Below, piece after piece: positions 1-9,601 of a stretch of 64,000 nt of DNA. The position numbers and the translations under genes are program-made. The notes under the pieces are model-generated. The model saw only the letters and a program-made list of their open reading frames with translations, ran no database searches and was not told the DNA's origin. Each line of letters begins with the position of its first letter. Position 1 is the stretch's first letter. The stretch comes from a virus (taxonomy: Duplodnaviria > Caudoviricetes): positions 30,549 through 94,548 of IMG/VR virus record IMGVR_UViG_3300009710_000010; one strand, written 5' to 3'.

Positions 1-206
1 CCAAATTCCCAAGTGGTCCAGGTAAATTCACCGTATACTCTAAATAAGTTCATATTAAGACTCCTCGTAATAATACACTTGATATTTTAAATCCTCAGAA
101 CGTAATTGAATGTTAATAATAAAACAATCCATCATATAAAAGAAGTCTTGAAGTTGATTAAAACTACCAAAAACTTTATTTTGTATGTTTTTACCTAAAG
201 TGTTCA

Positions 207-512
207 TTATGCAGCTCCTTTTTCTAAATCGTTAAAATAGTCATAAACTTTATGTTTCGCCCAGAACTTTCTGGCCCTTTCAGTCTTAATGATCCCGTAA
301 GCGCCAAACATCCAACCTTCAGCTTTACACTTCTTTTTAAGTTCTTGGACTAACAAAGAACCATAGCCCATTCTTCGGTGGTCCTCGTATACCATTAGGT
401 CGTCTACCAATAGTAAATTCCCATATTTGAAGATTCTCGCATCAGCCACGGCCTTACCGTTAACTAGAACCCAACACGTTTCACCATACACGAACTTTAC
501 ATCTTTAGGCAT
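207..512 (-). CDS. GNAT-family acetyltransferase
   Basis: Acetyl-CoA-binding motif A (MVYEDHRRMGYGSLL) and C-terminal ARKFW; 101 aa. Confidence 0.7.
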   Translation of the reverse strand: MPKDVKFVYGETCWVLVNGKAVADARIFKYGNLLLVDDLMVYEDHRRMGYGSLLVQELKKKCKAEGWMFGAYGIIKTERARKFWAKHKVYDYFNDLEKGAA

Positions 513-622
513 ATTATAGTCCCTCTTTAATAATCGCGTTAGAAGTGTAGATATTCTTACTCAATTTTAGATTTATTAAGTCGAGTTTATCCCAAATTTC
601 TTGAATTAAAGTTTGTTCCACA

Positions 623-1493
623 TTATTCTCCTATAGCTTTCTTTAAAGTTTGTTCAATTTCGTTTCTTAAAGTTGGATGTAAATGGTAAGTCAAAACTTC
701 TTGAAGTAATAAATACATCTTAGGAGATTGACTCATTAAATCCGATTGCAATTGACTTTCTAAGTCTTCAGCAGGTCCAGATAAGCTTATAAGACTTAAA
801 TCCGGACGACATACACATGAGTGGTTTTGGATAGTTTTAAAGTCAGAAGAGGGAGTGTATTGGCCGACGGTCCAACTTTCATTAGTCCAATTTTTAATGA
901 TTTCAGCTTTACTTTTCATTATTGCACCGTCTGATACTTTCTAGGAGCATAATCGCTCACTCGATCTATGTGGTTAATAACTTCTGAGTCAGATCTAAAA
1001 CTAAACTTTCTCAAAATCACGCCATTCAAAACTAAAACCCAGTAAACGCCGTAATTATCGACTTTCTTAGTAGCAAAGAAAACCATTTTATAGTTTATAT
1101 CAGAACCATCCATTAAAAACCTCCAATATAATTAAAAAGAGTCATGCCAATAAAACCAACCGTATAAAGTAAAGTCACAAAACAAGCAATACTTTCCATA
1201 AATTACTCCTGTACCAAAATAGGATTCTTAGCAATAAAAGCATCTACACCAGAATGGTAGTCTTCAAAAGCATTAGCATTCGAAGTATGCCAACCTTTAG
1301 ACCAAGCCTTGTACATCATAATTCTACGACCTTCAGGAACTTCATCCTTAATAAACTTAAAGAATTCAGTATCATAATGTGGAACAGACTTTAATCCAGT
1401 ATTAAAAGCCTTTACACCATATTCGTATGCTTTTGCTTTAAGATCTTTTAATTTAGGTTTATTAGATTTCATAATGTAATCTCCTATATACAT
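623..1493 (-). CDS. Three small hypothetical early proteins (623-919, 919-1113, 1203-1493)
   Basis: Co-oriented ORFs, the first two with a TAATG overlap, SD-like GGAG upstream; no recognisable motifs. Confidence 0.55.
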
Positions 1494-1750
1494 AGTATAA
1501 GCTATTTCGACTATACTTATACACTAAAAAGTATAGCTGATTCAAAATAGCACATATAGATAAAGGATCTATATCACTATGAGCCGGGGCGGAACCCTTG
1601 ATGCTTATATAGGATCTAAATTAGGTGCTACCGCAGCGCGAAGCACCGGCGAGCGGGGGGTTTTAGCTGGTGCCATCTGCAATATACGGACTGCATTTTA
1701 TGGGCTATACCGCTTAAATAGGATCTGGATGTACGCATTTCAAAATTATG

Positions 1751-1780
1751 TTGACAAATCAACCAGGTGGAAGCTATTAT
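1751..1780 (+). promoter_or_regulatory. Sigma70-type promoter for the plus-strand island at 1900-2848
   Basis: TTGACA (1751-1756)-N18-TATTAT (1775-1780); a second extended -10, TGGTATAAT, at 1846-1854. Confidence 0.6.
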
Positions 1781-1899
1781 AGGATCTATTAGATAGCGCT
1801 GGTAGCGCGCCGGCGCCGTCTTGGCGCAGCGATAGCGTCTCATAGTGGTATAATATAGTTTTGACCTTATGACTATACTCAGATCCTATTTAAGCGCAA

Positions 1900-2397
1900 T
1901 TGGAGCATGCTGTGCAATGTAAACGATGTAAATCATGTATGGCGAATTTGCCGTTATCTGCATTCGGTGTTTCTCGACATGAGAAGGATGGGATGCGTCC
2001 TACATGCTTCGAGTGTCAAGCTCAGTATCCACGCCTTAAACGTAAAGCCAAATATAAGGATCTACGTTCTCATATAGATGATTCTGTTATTAGATCAGTT
2101 CGTATGCAGAATATAGCTGTTCTTGATACGGCTTTAAAATCCACATTAGAGGTTCGAGCTCTTAACTACTTGACCAAAGTTCCATATAAAGTTTTCTTTG
2201 GACCATCTTCAGTTAATGGAATGCACTCTATTGCCTTTTTCGACTTTAATTCAGTCTTATACCGTGAATTTATATTCTCAGGTGGAGATGCGAATATCCA
2301 AGAGATTATATTAAACATATTACGTGATCATAATCTTAGGCTAGAATATACCGATGGAGATTTAACGACTTCTCTGTCGACTATATATTATGTCTAA
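1900..2397 (+). CDS. Hypothetical protein with N-terminal Cys-rich zinc-binding motif
   Basis: CKRCKSC...RPTCFEC; overlaps the start of the next ORF. Confidence 0.6.
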   Translation: MEHAVQCKRCKSCMANLPLSAFGVSRHEKDGMRPTCFECQAQYPRLKRKAKYKDLRSHIDDSVIRSVRMQNIAVLDTALKSTLEVRALNYLTKVPYKVFFGPSSVNGMHSIAFFDFNSVLYREFIFSGGDANIQEIILNILRDHNLRLEYTDGDLTTSLSTIYYV

Positions 2398-2848
2398 ACG
2401 CGTTACTACTCAAAAATTATTACAGCTTAGATCCAGAATGGTGAAAGAAGCCACTCAGCGTTTTCATACAGATCCTGAGGGTATTGCTTCCATATATGTT
2501 ATACGCCTCTTAGAGGGCCTACATAAGAAAGCCACCGTCAGTCAAGCTTACATCGATATTGTCAGGTTAGAATCCGGTAGAAAAGCCTCTTACGAAGCAA
2601 AGGTAGCTCATATATTAGAATTACATGAGTCTGGCCGAATGGTGGAATTAGTTGAAACGTACGGTCAAGAGTTCGAAGCTAACTATACGATTACAGATAG
2701 CTTTATGGTTTTAAGCGGTTGTTTTAATCCTAGAAATCCTAATCAAACTAATGGATGGCAGTTCACTAATTTAGAAGATGCTCTTAAAAAGAAGTTCTTA
2801 TTAATTTACTACCGAGTTTACGACCATTATGTGAGAAATGTCCAATAA
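2390..2848 (+). CDS. Chimeric ORF: N-terminal 65 aa resemble sigma-70 region 2, C-terminus unrelated
   Basis: PEGIASIYVIRLLEG...TVSQAYIDIVRLESGRK resembles ECF region 2.2-2.4 (D..R); junction at the inverted repeat 2578-2585. Confidence 0.55.
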   Translation: MSKRVTTQKLLQLRSRMVKEATQRFHTDPEGIASIYVIRLLEGLHKKATVSQAYIDIVRLESGRKASYEAKVAHILELHESGRMVELVETYGQEFEANYTITDSFMVLSGCFNPRNPNQTNGWQFTNLEDALKKKFLLIYYRVYDHYVRNVQ

Positions 2849-3199
2849 TACATCCAAAGAACGTATTAAAGATCTAGTATATATTTAATGCGTTCTATCT
2901 CTTTGGTGACTATTTGATGAATCCTACTTTCAGTCACCCCAGCTTCTTCTGCAATCTCAGCGTATTTATAGCCCAATAAAACCTTATCAAAGATAGCCTT
3001 ATATTTAGGCTTTACAAACTTCAAAGCTAAATGTAAGTCTAACCGATCATCCACACTTACGTTAAGGACTTCAGGCTGGTTTTCTATATACGAAGCTTGC
3101 TCATCAGACGAAGCTTGCTCATCAGACGAAGCTTGCTCATCAGACGAAGCAACCTGGTTTATACTCTTCCGTTTGTCATAAGACTTAAAGCCTTTTCTA
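2578..3199. repeat. In-frame 8-bp inverted repeats TAGAAAAG (2578-2585) / CTTTTCTA (3192-3199) bounding a candidate invertible segment
   Basis: Read directly; both copies encode Arg-Lys in the same codon phase of the two convergent ORFs. Confidence 0.7.
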
Positions 3200-3351
3200 T
3201 GAAGCTCTTGTTGAGCTTTAATTTCGTTAAATTTTGCTTGGATTGCGTTTGCTTCATTATTGTAAAGAGTGAATTCTGCACTAGATAAATCTTCACGGTC
3301 TAACTGACGTTCTAACCACTTAAGTCTTGCTTCTGGGTTTTGACGGTCCAT
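2866..3351 (-). CDS. Chimeric ORF: C-terminal sigma-70 region 4 HTH fused to an unrelated N-terminal 53 aa
   Basis: DLHLALKFVKPKYKAIF...GYKYAEIAEEAGVTESRIHQI is typical of region 4; N-terminus is coiled-coil-like. Confidence 0.7.
   Translation of the reverse strand: MDRQNPEARLKWLERQLDREDLSSAEFTLYNNEANAIQAKFNEIKAQQELHRKGFKSYDKRKSINQVASSDEQASSDEQASSDEQASYIENQPEVLNVSVDDRLDLHLALKFVKPKYKAIFDKVLLGYKYAEIAEEAGVTESRIHQIVTKEIERIKYILDL
3091..3150. repeat. Perfect 18-bp tandem repeat, 3.3 copies (CGAAGCTTGCTCATCAGA), encoding (ASSDEQ)3
   Basis: Read directly. Confidence 0.95.
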
Positions 3352-3452
3352 GATTTAGCTCCTTTGTTAGCTATAAATACAATATATAAATATAACTTTA
3401 CTTTGTACAATTAAAAGTATAGTTGTATCGAATTGATGCATGAGAGTTAAAA

Positions 3453-3829
3453 TGGTGGACCTGGAGGGAGTCGAACCCTCGTCCGCAAGACATTACTCTC
3501 AAGACCTTTTACATGCTTAGGCTATTTTAAAGACCAGCTCCCAGTCTTAGGGGCGATCTGGCTTCAAACCATTTCACCCTCCACCATCTGATCTTTACAG
3601 GCGTCAGAATTCCTCAAGCTAGTTTAAAAGTCCAGCTTAAATGACTCTTTTTGATACTTTCTGTTTCGAGGTTGTATCCACCCAATCAAAGCTAACTGCA
3701 ATTAAGCAGCGTTTTGAAATGCGAAATCGTTAGATTCTGCATTTATAAATCGAAGCAGGTTTTAACCGTCCACTTCACCGGTCGCATGATTCTAAGCCTA
3801 TTTCTCCACGTCGAAACCATGGCAGGCCC
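3453..3829 (-). ncRNA. ssrA: tmRNA (one-piece), tag AESNDFAFQNAA*
   Basis: 5' GGGCCTG pairs with 3' CAGGTCC-ACCA including G3.U70; T-arm GAGGGTTCGACTCCCTC; tag ORF 3740-3702 with GCA resume codon ending GCT GCT TAA. Confidence 0.95.
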
Positions 3830-4006
3830 AATTAAATATAACTTAACTATTTAGATCTGTAAATCGATCTCTATTAAAAGCTCTGACCACTCCATCTTCA
3901 GCCAAAACGTAGTACATCTTGTGAAGTTCTTCTATTATTTTATAACTCTTACCTTCGATTAAATAAGAAGCAAATCCTTTTATGCATTTAAGTTCGTAGA
4001 GATAGA

Positions 4007-5396
4007 TCATGATAAATCCTTGTATCTTACAAGACCTTTATAGAGCAATTTTATGTATTTTATGTATTTAAGGATAGTCATATTTTTAAGCTTTAAAATG
4101 TGCTTACGGTTAATCCAAAAGTATTTAACGTCTCTTTTCATTTCCCACTCTGGATTGAAATCTAAATATTCGAACGTTTCTGTATTGAGTTCTACAGCTC
4201 CCCATCCTAGATTTCTATGATTACCATAAAGCCATTCAGTTTTCATACGACTACCTTATTACACCTTTCGGCAACTTTACATCCATACACGCAATTGCCA
4301 TTTCAGCTGTTTCGTCTTGAGTCATTTCTTTGGCATGTCTTACTAAGCATCCCCAAGCGGCTTCTGACCCTATTTGAATTACGACTTCATTTTCAGATTC
4401 ATGGTTCATAACGAAACCAGGATCTTCTTTACCTTCAGGAATAGCTAATATGAAACCATCTTTTGTAGTGATGGTCTTTTGTTTGGCCTCCATATATTTC
4501 AAACAAAAGTACAAGCGTCTGTGGAAGCTATAATGAATCGCCATTTAATCCTTCTTTCGGTAAACTCTTATATTGCCATTTAAGTTGTTCTAAGCAAATT
4601 CGTTCACCTTTATTGTTAGTTAAGATAAATCCACCGTCCCTCATATCGAATCTAAGGTTGATGTATTTACAATCCCAGTTTTTAGCCCAAGACCAATCCT
4701 CGACTCCAGGCTTTAACGTATTTCCATCTTCTTCATACATGTCATCAATATCAACGGCCAAAGCTTTAATAGTCTTAATGAATTCGTCAAGCTCTGATTT
4801 ATTGTGCCACATATTCGACTCTACCATTTGATTATGATACGCCAAGACTGGAGGGCAGTTTACACCTGGAACTTGGGGTTCTGGTGGAGGATCTTCTGGC
4901 TTTTTATATTCAACGTAGTTTGTAGCTTGCCAATATCCATACTCGTTTGAAAGATCTGGATTAGGTTTATTTCTAGACCTAGCGGCTTTCTGTTTAGCTC
5001 TTCTTTGGGCTCTATTCATAACAATCCAATCAACGATTCAATAAGTCCAAATATAAGTATTCCACCAAGTCCCACTCCAACTGAAACTATAATCAAGACT
5101 AAAATACCACCTGTGATTTCTGTAAGTCTATCTCTATTCATTTAGTATCTCCTATTAGATTTAGCTTGACCCATTTCATCAGCATGGTCTGCCGCTTTCA
5201 ATAAGTTTTCAGCTAACTCTCTTGCATCGTCGGGACTCAAGTGAATTTGGACCTTTGCACCTTGAACTTCTTCTTGTTTCATTGGATCCCAAGTAGATTC
5301 TACAACTTGAGTAACTACTACCATGTCATTAGATCCAGCGGTTTCTACGGATTGACCACGTTCTTGTTCAAATTTATATTGCACCCAAGATTTCAT
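4007..5396 (-). CDS. Run of hypothetical early proteins (4007-4246, 4251-4544, 4528-5019, 5142-5396)
   Basis: Tightly packed co-oriented ORFs; 4528-5019 starts with an NRAQRR motif common in phage proteins. Confidence 0.55.
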
Positions 5397-5420
5397 TTAA
5401 GTTCCTCTAGTTCTTTCTGT

Positions 5421-5867
5421 TCATTGATTTTTCCAAGTAGGTTTTCTTTTATCGTTCTTCCATTTTTCAGCCATATAAAGCTTGTACGCTTCGTGCACGT
5501 TTGACACGTCTTTGAATGTAGTGCAATTAGGATGCGTGGTCATAGGTGCATCTTTAAACATGATTCTACGAGCTTGAAACATCTCCAAATATTGATGACA
5601 TTTATGTGTCTTTCCGTACCGATGAGTATATTCGCTCAGTAAGGCTTGGAAGTGTTCAACCGTCCAATCGTAATTAGATCTATTCTCGCGTACCCAAATA
5701 GAACACGGATGATTTACATGTGTAGGTTTATAAGGTGCATTTCCACCAGTTAAATGGATAGCAGTACTCAACAGCTGACAAGTCTCAAGTACCATCTTGA
5801 CTACTCGCTTATCATCTAACTCTTCTGCGCATACTGTAGGGTCTGGGTGTGTAGCAAAGATATTCAT
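5421..5867 (-). CDS. Pyrimidine-dimer DNA glycosylase / endonuclease V-like protein
   Basis: MNIF...DDKRVVKMVLETCQLLSTA...YKPTHVNHPCSIW signature. Confidence 0.8.
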   Translation of the reverse strand: MNIFATHPDPTVCAEELDDKRVVKMVLETCQLLSTAIHLTGGNAPYKPTHVNHPCSIWVRENRSNYDWTVEHFQALLSEYTHRYGKTHKCHQYLEMFQARRIMFKDAPMTTHPNCTTFKDVSNVHEAYKLYMAEKWKNDKRKPTWKNQ

Positions 5868-6551
5868 ATTAAAATCCAACCTTTTCGCAGGACACTTTAC
5901 GGTAATTAGTATCTACGTAATAGTTGTCAAATCTGTATTTTACAGCTTTCAAATTCATAACCATATAAAAGTCAAAACCTTTATCTAATACTCGAACTAC
6001 CCCAGCTGACGATTCTGGAAATAAAACGTGCTGAAGGCAATCGTCAACTTCCAAAACACGGACCGAGGCGCAGCCTTGGATCATAAAAGCTAACAAATAA
6101 ATGGCAGCTATAGTCAATAAACTGGTCAAAAAATTTTCTTTTGTTTTAGTCATTTATAGACTCCCGCTAACGGGTATCGGCCTGGTTTTAATGTATTGAC
6201 GACTTTCAATAGATCTTTCTTTGAAGTGTAATACCACTCGGGCTCCGTGTACGGATCACCTTTCCAGGTGAAAGTAAAATACTCTCCAACTTCAACTATA
6301 TGAATCTTTTTACAGTTATTATTTGAAGTGTTTAAACCACCTACGTATTGATAACGGCGTCTAAATTCAACTGCTCCGTAGTTTCTAGCACTTGCGCAGA
6401 TGAAAACATCTGGACGAAAACCTGCACGTTTAAATACAGGAGCCACTACGTAATACTTACGCTCAATGGTTCTACGATGAGGCTTTCTAACTAATACTAA
6501 ATCGTTTGAGAATCGATCTTGATAGACCCAACATGCAGTTTTAGGCATTTG

Positions 6552-6950
6552 TTACCCCTTGTTATTGATATTCATCATTGACTTTACCAAGTCGTAGGGA
6601 AATATGAAACCTTGTTTTTCAAACCAGAATTCAACTTTAATTGGTGCAATCACCTTCAAAATACCGAATCGTTCTGATACGATTACGCCTGCTTTTTCGT
6701 GGTACGTTTCGATACACTTTCTAAAAGACTCCAACGAAAGCTTATTCTTTAGAGTATTACAATGCTTACATGCAGGGAACAGATTCACCACATCATCTGG
6801 TCCTCCGTCCGCCCACGGGATAACATGGTCGCAATGCCAACCTTTAGATTTTAGTTGAACACCACAATAAGCACAGTGTCCACCAAATTTGTGGAATACA
6901 TCTTGACGTATCGACTTATCTATAGGTTCACGATCATCACGGCCGAACAT
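6552..6950 (-). CDS. HNH endonuclease (McrA-like)
   Basis: CAYCG...DHVIPWADGG...NLFPACKHCNTLK. Confidence 0.9.
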   Translation of the reverse strand: MFGRDDREPIDKSIRQDVFHKFGGHCAYCGVQLKSKGWHCDHVIPWADGGPDDVVNLFPACKHCNTLKNKLSLESFRKCIETYHEKAGVIVSERFGILKVIAPIKVEFWFEKQGFIFPYDLVKSMMNINNKG

Positions 6951-7252
6951 TATTTGGCCAATTGATAATAAACTTCAGTGCGGCCGATAGAGGTTCTTTT
7001 AAATCGAACATCATCTTCTAATAAAGTCGATATTTCAACTGGAATTCCGTGCTTTATTTTGTTTCGCTCTTTCCAGTAAACTACAGTTGGGTGATCGTCG
7101 TGTTCTAGTTTCATTAATTTCCAAAGATCTGCAAGTCTTAAAATTGATTCAGGTCTACGGGTAAAAAATGTATGTATTAAGTTAATCATTGTAACTGCCG
7201 CATCTTTTTTAGATACTTCCTCTTTAATTTGTTCCATTATAGTCTCCTTTAT

Positions 7253-7549
7253 TTAAAACGGAATGTCTTCTTCGTCATCGTTTTCAAGTACTAATTCATC
7301 TGGTAATTTACTAGATAACAAATCTACATATTGTTTTTCGTCTTCTGCACGTTCTTTAACTAAATTCTCAATAGCATCTTTATTGCCATTAAGTTGTTCT
7401 AGAACATTTAGTGCCAAACTTGGATCATTAGTTGCCAAAGCACTAAAGCTAGATTGGATAATTTCAACCAATTTCTCAGTTGCATTGTCCAGTTTTTGGA
7501 TCATTTGTTTGTGCTCAAACTGCATAGTTGCTAATGCTGACTTTTTCAT
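7253..7549 (-). CDS. Coiled-coil protein ending in an SSB-like acidic tail (DDEEDIPF)
   Basis: C-terminus matches the bacterial SSB-Ct consensus DDDIPF; no OB fold apparent. Confidence 0.65.
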   Translation of the reverse strand: MKKSALATMQFEHKQMIQKLDNATEKLVEIIQSSFSALATNDPSLALNVLEQLNGNKDAIENLVKERAEDEKQYVDLLSSKLPDELVLENDDEEDIPF

Positions 7550-7842
7550 TTTGAATTTCCTTTGTCAAAACCGACTTTTAATTCTTTGTAAGTTTCGCCT
7601 ACAGATTTACCTAAGCACTCAGTACCAGAATTAGTACCTTTGCAAGCGTCGCAACCTGATACGTACATTAACCATCCGACTATCATTCCAAAGAATAGAT
7701 AATCCACAATTGTGGTTGTAGAATTTCTTACTGTTACTTTTGGCTCACTCATATTATCTCCTTTTAAAATGGTATATCGTCTGATGGATCAAAATTTGGT
7801 TCTGGTCCAAAGTCTTTAAATGGATCATCTTAACTTTAGTTT

Positions 7843-8004
7843 TCATTTTCGTTTATCCTTATACTTCGGTTTTGTTTTACCGTATTTACCTTTACGTTTA
7901 GCGTTCTCACCTTTGTTAGGTCTACAGAAAGAACAGTTTAAATCTTTACGACGCTCCCGATCGTCAACGGTGGAATTAGTATTAGGTTCTCTATTTTTAC
8001 CCAA
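7843..8004 (-). CDS. Small basic protein with CxxC (MGKNREP...CSFCRPNKGEN...KRK), below ORF-track cutoff
   Basis: TTG start after GAGG; 53 codons; ATGA-coupled to the next small ORF. Confidence 0.55.
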   Translation of the reverse strand: MGKNREPNTNSTVDDRERRKDLNCSFCRPNKGENAKRKGKYGKTKPKYKDKRK

Positions 8005-8305
8005 CTGAACCTCTGCGTTTTGCTTCTTCCACGACTGGACAGACTATTTGACCATGGATTTTGTATTGATCAAATAGTTCATATTCATGAAGTTTATTAT
8101 AAAGAGTTTTAATAGTAACCCCTAAACTAACTGCAGCCCGTGTTTTATTCCCTTTGTGAAGTTTTAATGCTTCGATAATATGAAGTTTTTCCATTTGAGC
8201 TAATGTTAAAAACGGGGGATCTACTCGATCATTGACCGGTCTAGTTTCGTCTATCTTAAGTTTTAATTCAGATCCTTTTGGGAGCTGAGGAATTTCATCA
8301 CTCAT
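7997..8305 (-). CDS. Stand-alone Fis/NtrC-type HTH (HTH_8) DNA-binding protein
   Basis: TLAQMEKLHIIEALKLHKGNKTRAAVSLGVTIKTLYNKL is the canonical bEBP C-terminal HTH. Confidence 0.85.
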   Translation of the reverse strand: MSDEIPQLPKGSELKLKIDETRPVNDRVDPPFLTLAQMEKLHIIEALKLHKGNKTRAAVSLGVTIKTLYNKLHEYELFDQYKIHGQIVCPVVEEAKRRGSVG

Positions 8306-8888
8306 TTTAACCTCTTAATCATTTCTTCACAAAATGGTTCTAAAATTAACTCTGGTGCTTTAGCAAAAGTAACCAATTTCATAGTTAGATTCGTGTTGTT
8401 TCCAGCTGAGAATACGATCATCCAATCATTTCCCATTCTTTCCATTCGAATGAGCAGCGGGTAACCTTCTGCGTTTGCTAATTTCTCGAGTCCGTCTAAA
8501 ACCTTTTGATGATTCATTTTAACCTTTGTTGTAGCACTTAACTTTTACGTAATTTTCTTTAATAAATTGAAATGTTCTCAATCTTAAAGTTCCAGGAACT
8601 TCACTTAAAACCCAGCCTTGCAGATATTCGCTTTCATGGACTTCTGCATCCCTTAAATGAGCCTCTTTCAAAGAATCATAAGTTCTATGCACTATAACAG
8701 GCTTATAGGATTTGTCGATATAGCACTGTCCTTCTTCTATTTTATTTTCAGGAGAATCAAATACTCCAGCAAAATATAGAGTTGCGGCAATAACAGTACC
8801 TACAAATATAAGTAGTATGAGAATTTCGCATCCAGCACAACTTTCAGCTTTGATTGAAGTTTTTGCAGTCTTTTTAACTATTTTCTTT

Positions 8889-9416
8889 TTAGACATTCGG
8901 CTTCTCCTTTTTATATGGTAGCCCTAAAACAATACTAGCGGCCTGGGCTCTCGTTACATCTCTAGTTTCAACATCACTAACATCTCTTTCAAAAGATCTG
9001 ACAACCTCTGAATACGGATCCGGTCGTAAAATAAATACCGGAATCTTCATAGAAACTGGAAGAGTTCTCTTCATCGCCTCCAGTCTATGGTTCCCATCAA
9101 CTACCAACCACTTATCTTGGTTGTAGTCCCAGATAACTTTAATTGGTTCTAATTTTTTCCAACCTTCAGTGTTAATCTTTTTTACCAAGTGTTTCACCCA
9201 AAGTGGATAATTAATTTTATGACCAGGAACTATTGATCCCAATTGCACGCACCCGTGCCCAAGAACTAAATCATGTTCACGACAAAGTGATCTCATATAT
9301 CGAATTTGATTTCGGTATTCAGAATCCCAAAAGACTCTGAAGATGGCATAAAACTTACCCTTCTTTAAATTTCTATACAAACTTCTAACTGTTTGTTGAA
9401 AACTATTTAGACGCAT
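8889..9416 (-). CDS. ParB/sulfiredoxin-like N-terminal domain protein
   Basis: EPIKV...LVVDGNHRLEAM. Confidence 0.75.
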   Translation of the reverse strand: MRLNSFQQTVRSLYRNLKKGKFYAIFRVFWDSEYRNQIRYMRSLCREHDLVLGHGCVQLGSIVPGHKINYPLWVKHLVKKINTEGWKKLEPIKVIWDYNQDKWLVVDGNHRLEAMKRTLPVSMKIPVFILRPDPYSEVVRSFERDVSDVETRDVTRAQAASIVLGLPYKKEKPNV

Positions 9417-9601
9417 ACTTCTCCCGTAATTTTTTAACGTAAATCTTTTTGTCTTTACCTTTTAAAGTAGCCAAGTGGGCTTCTTCATCAGGTGTTAATT
9501 TCATTCTGTTAGAATCCCGTTGAGAACGGTCTGGATCTTTAGCAATAGGGAGTGCTCCCATTCCAGCCAATAAACCTAAAGCGGCTGCTAAGCTTAATGT
9601 T

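Noticed and set aside
1579-1843. ORFs 1579-1782 (+) and 1628-1843 (-)
   Set aside because: They overlap each other in a GC-patchy, motif-rich promoter region, lack SDs and have atypical composition; likely spurious
3091-3150. Repeats as a CRISPR array
   Set aside because: Head-to-tail 18-mers with no spacers, in frame within a CDS
3453-3490. tRNA-like T-arm and CCA end
   Set aside because: This is the 3' end of the tmRNA; there is no anticodon arm
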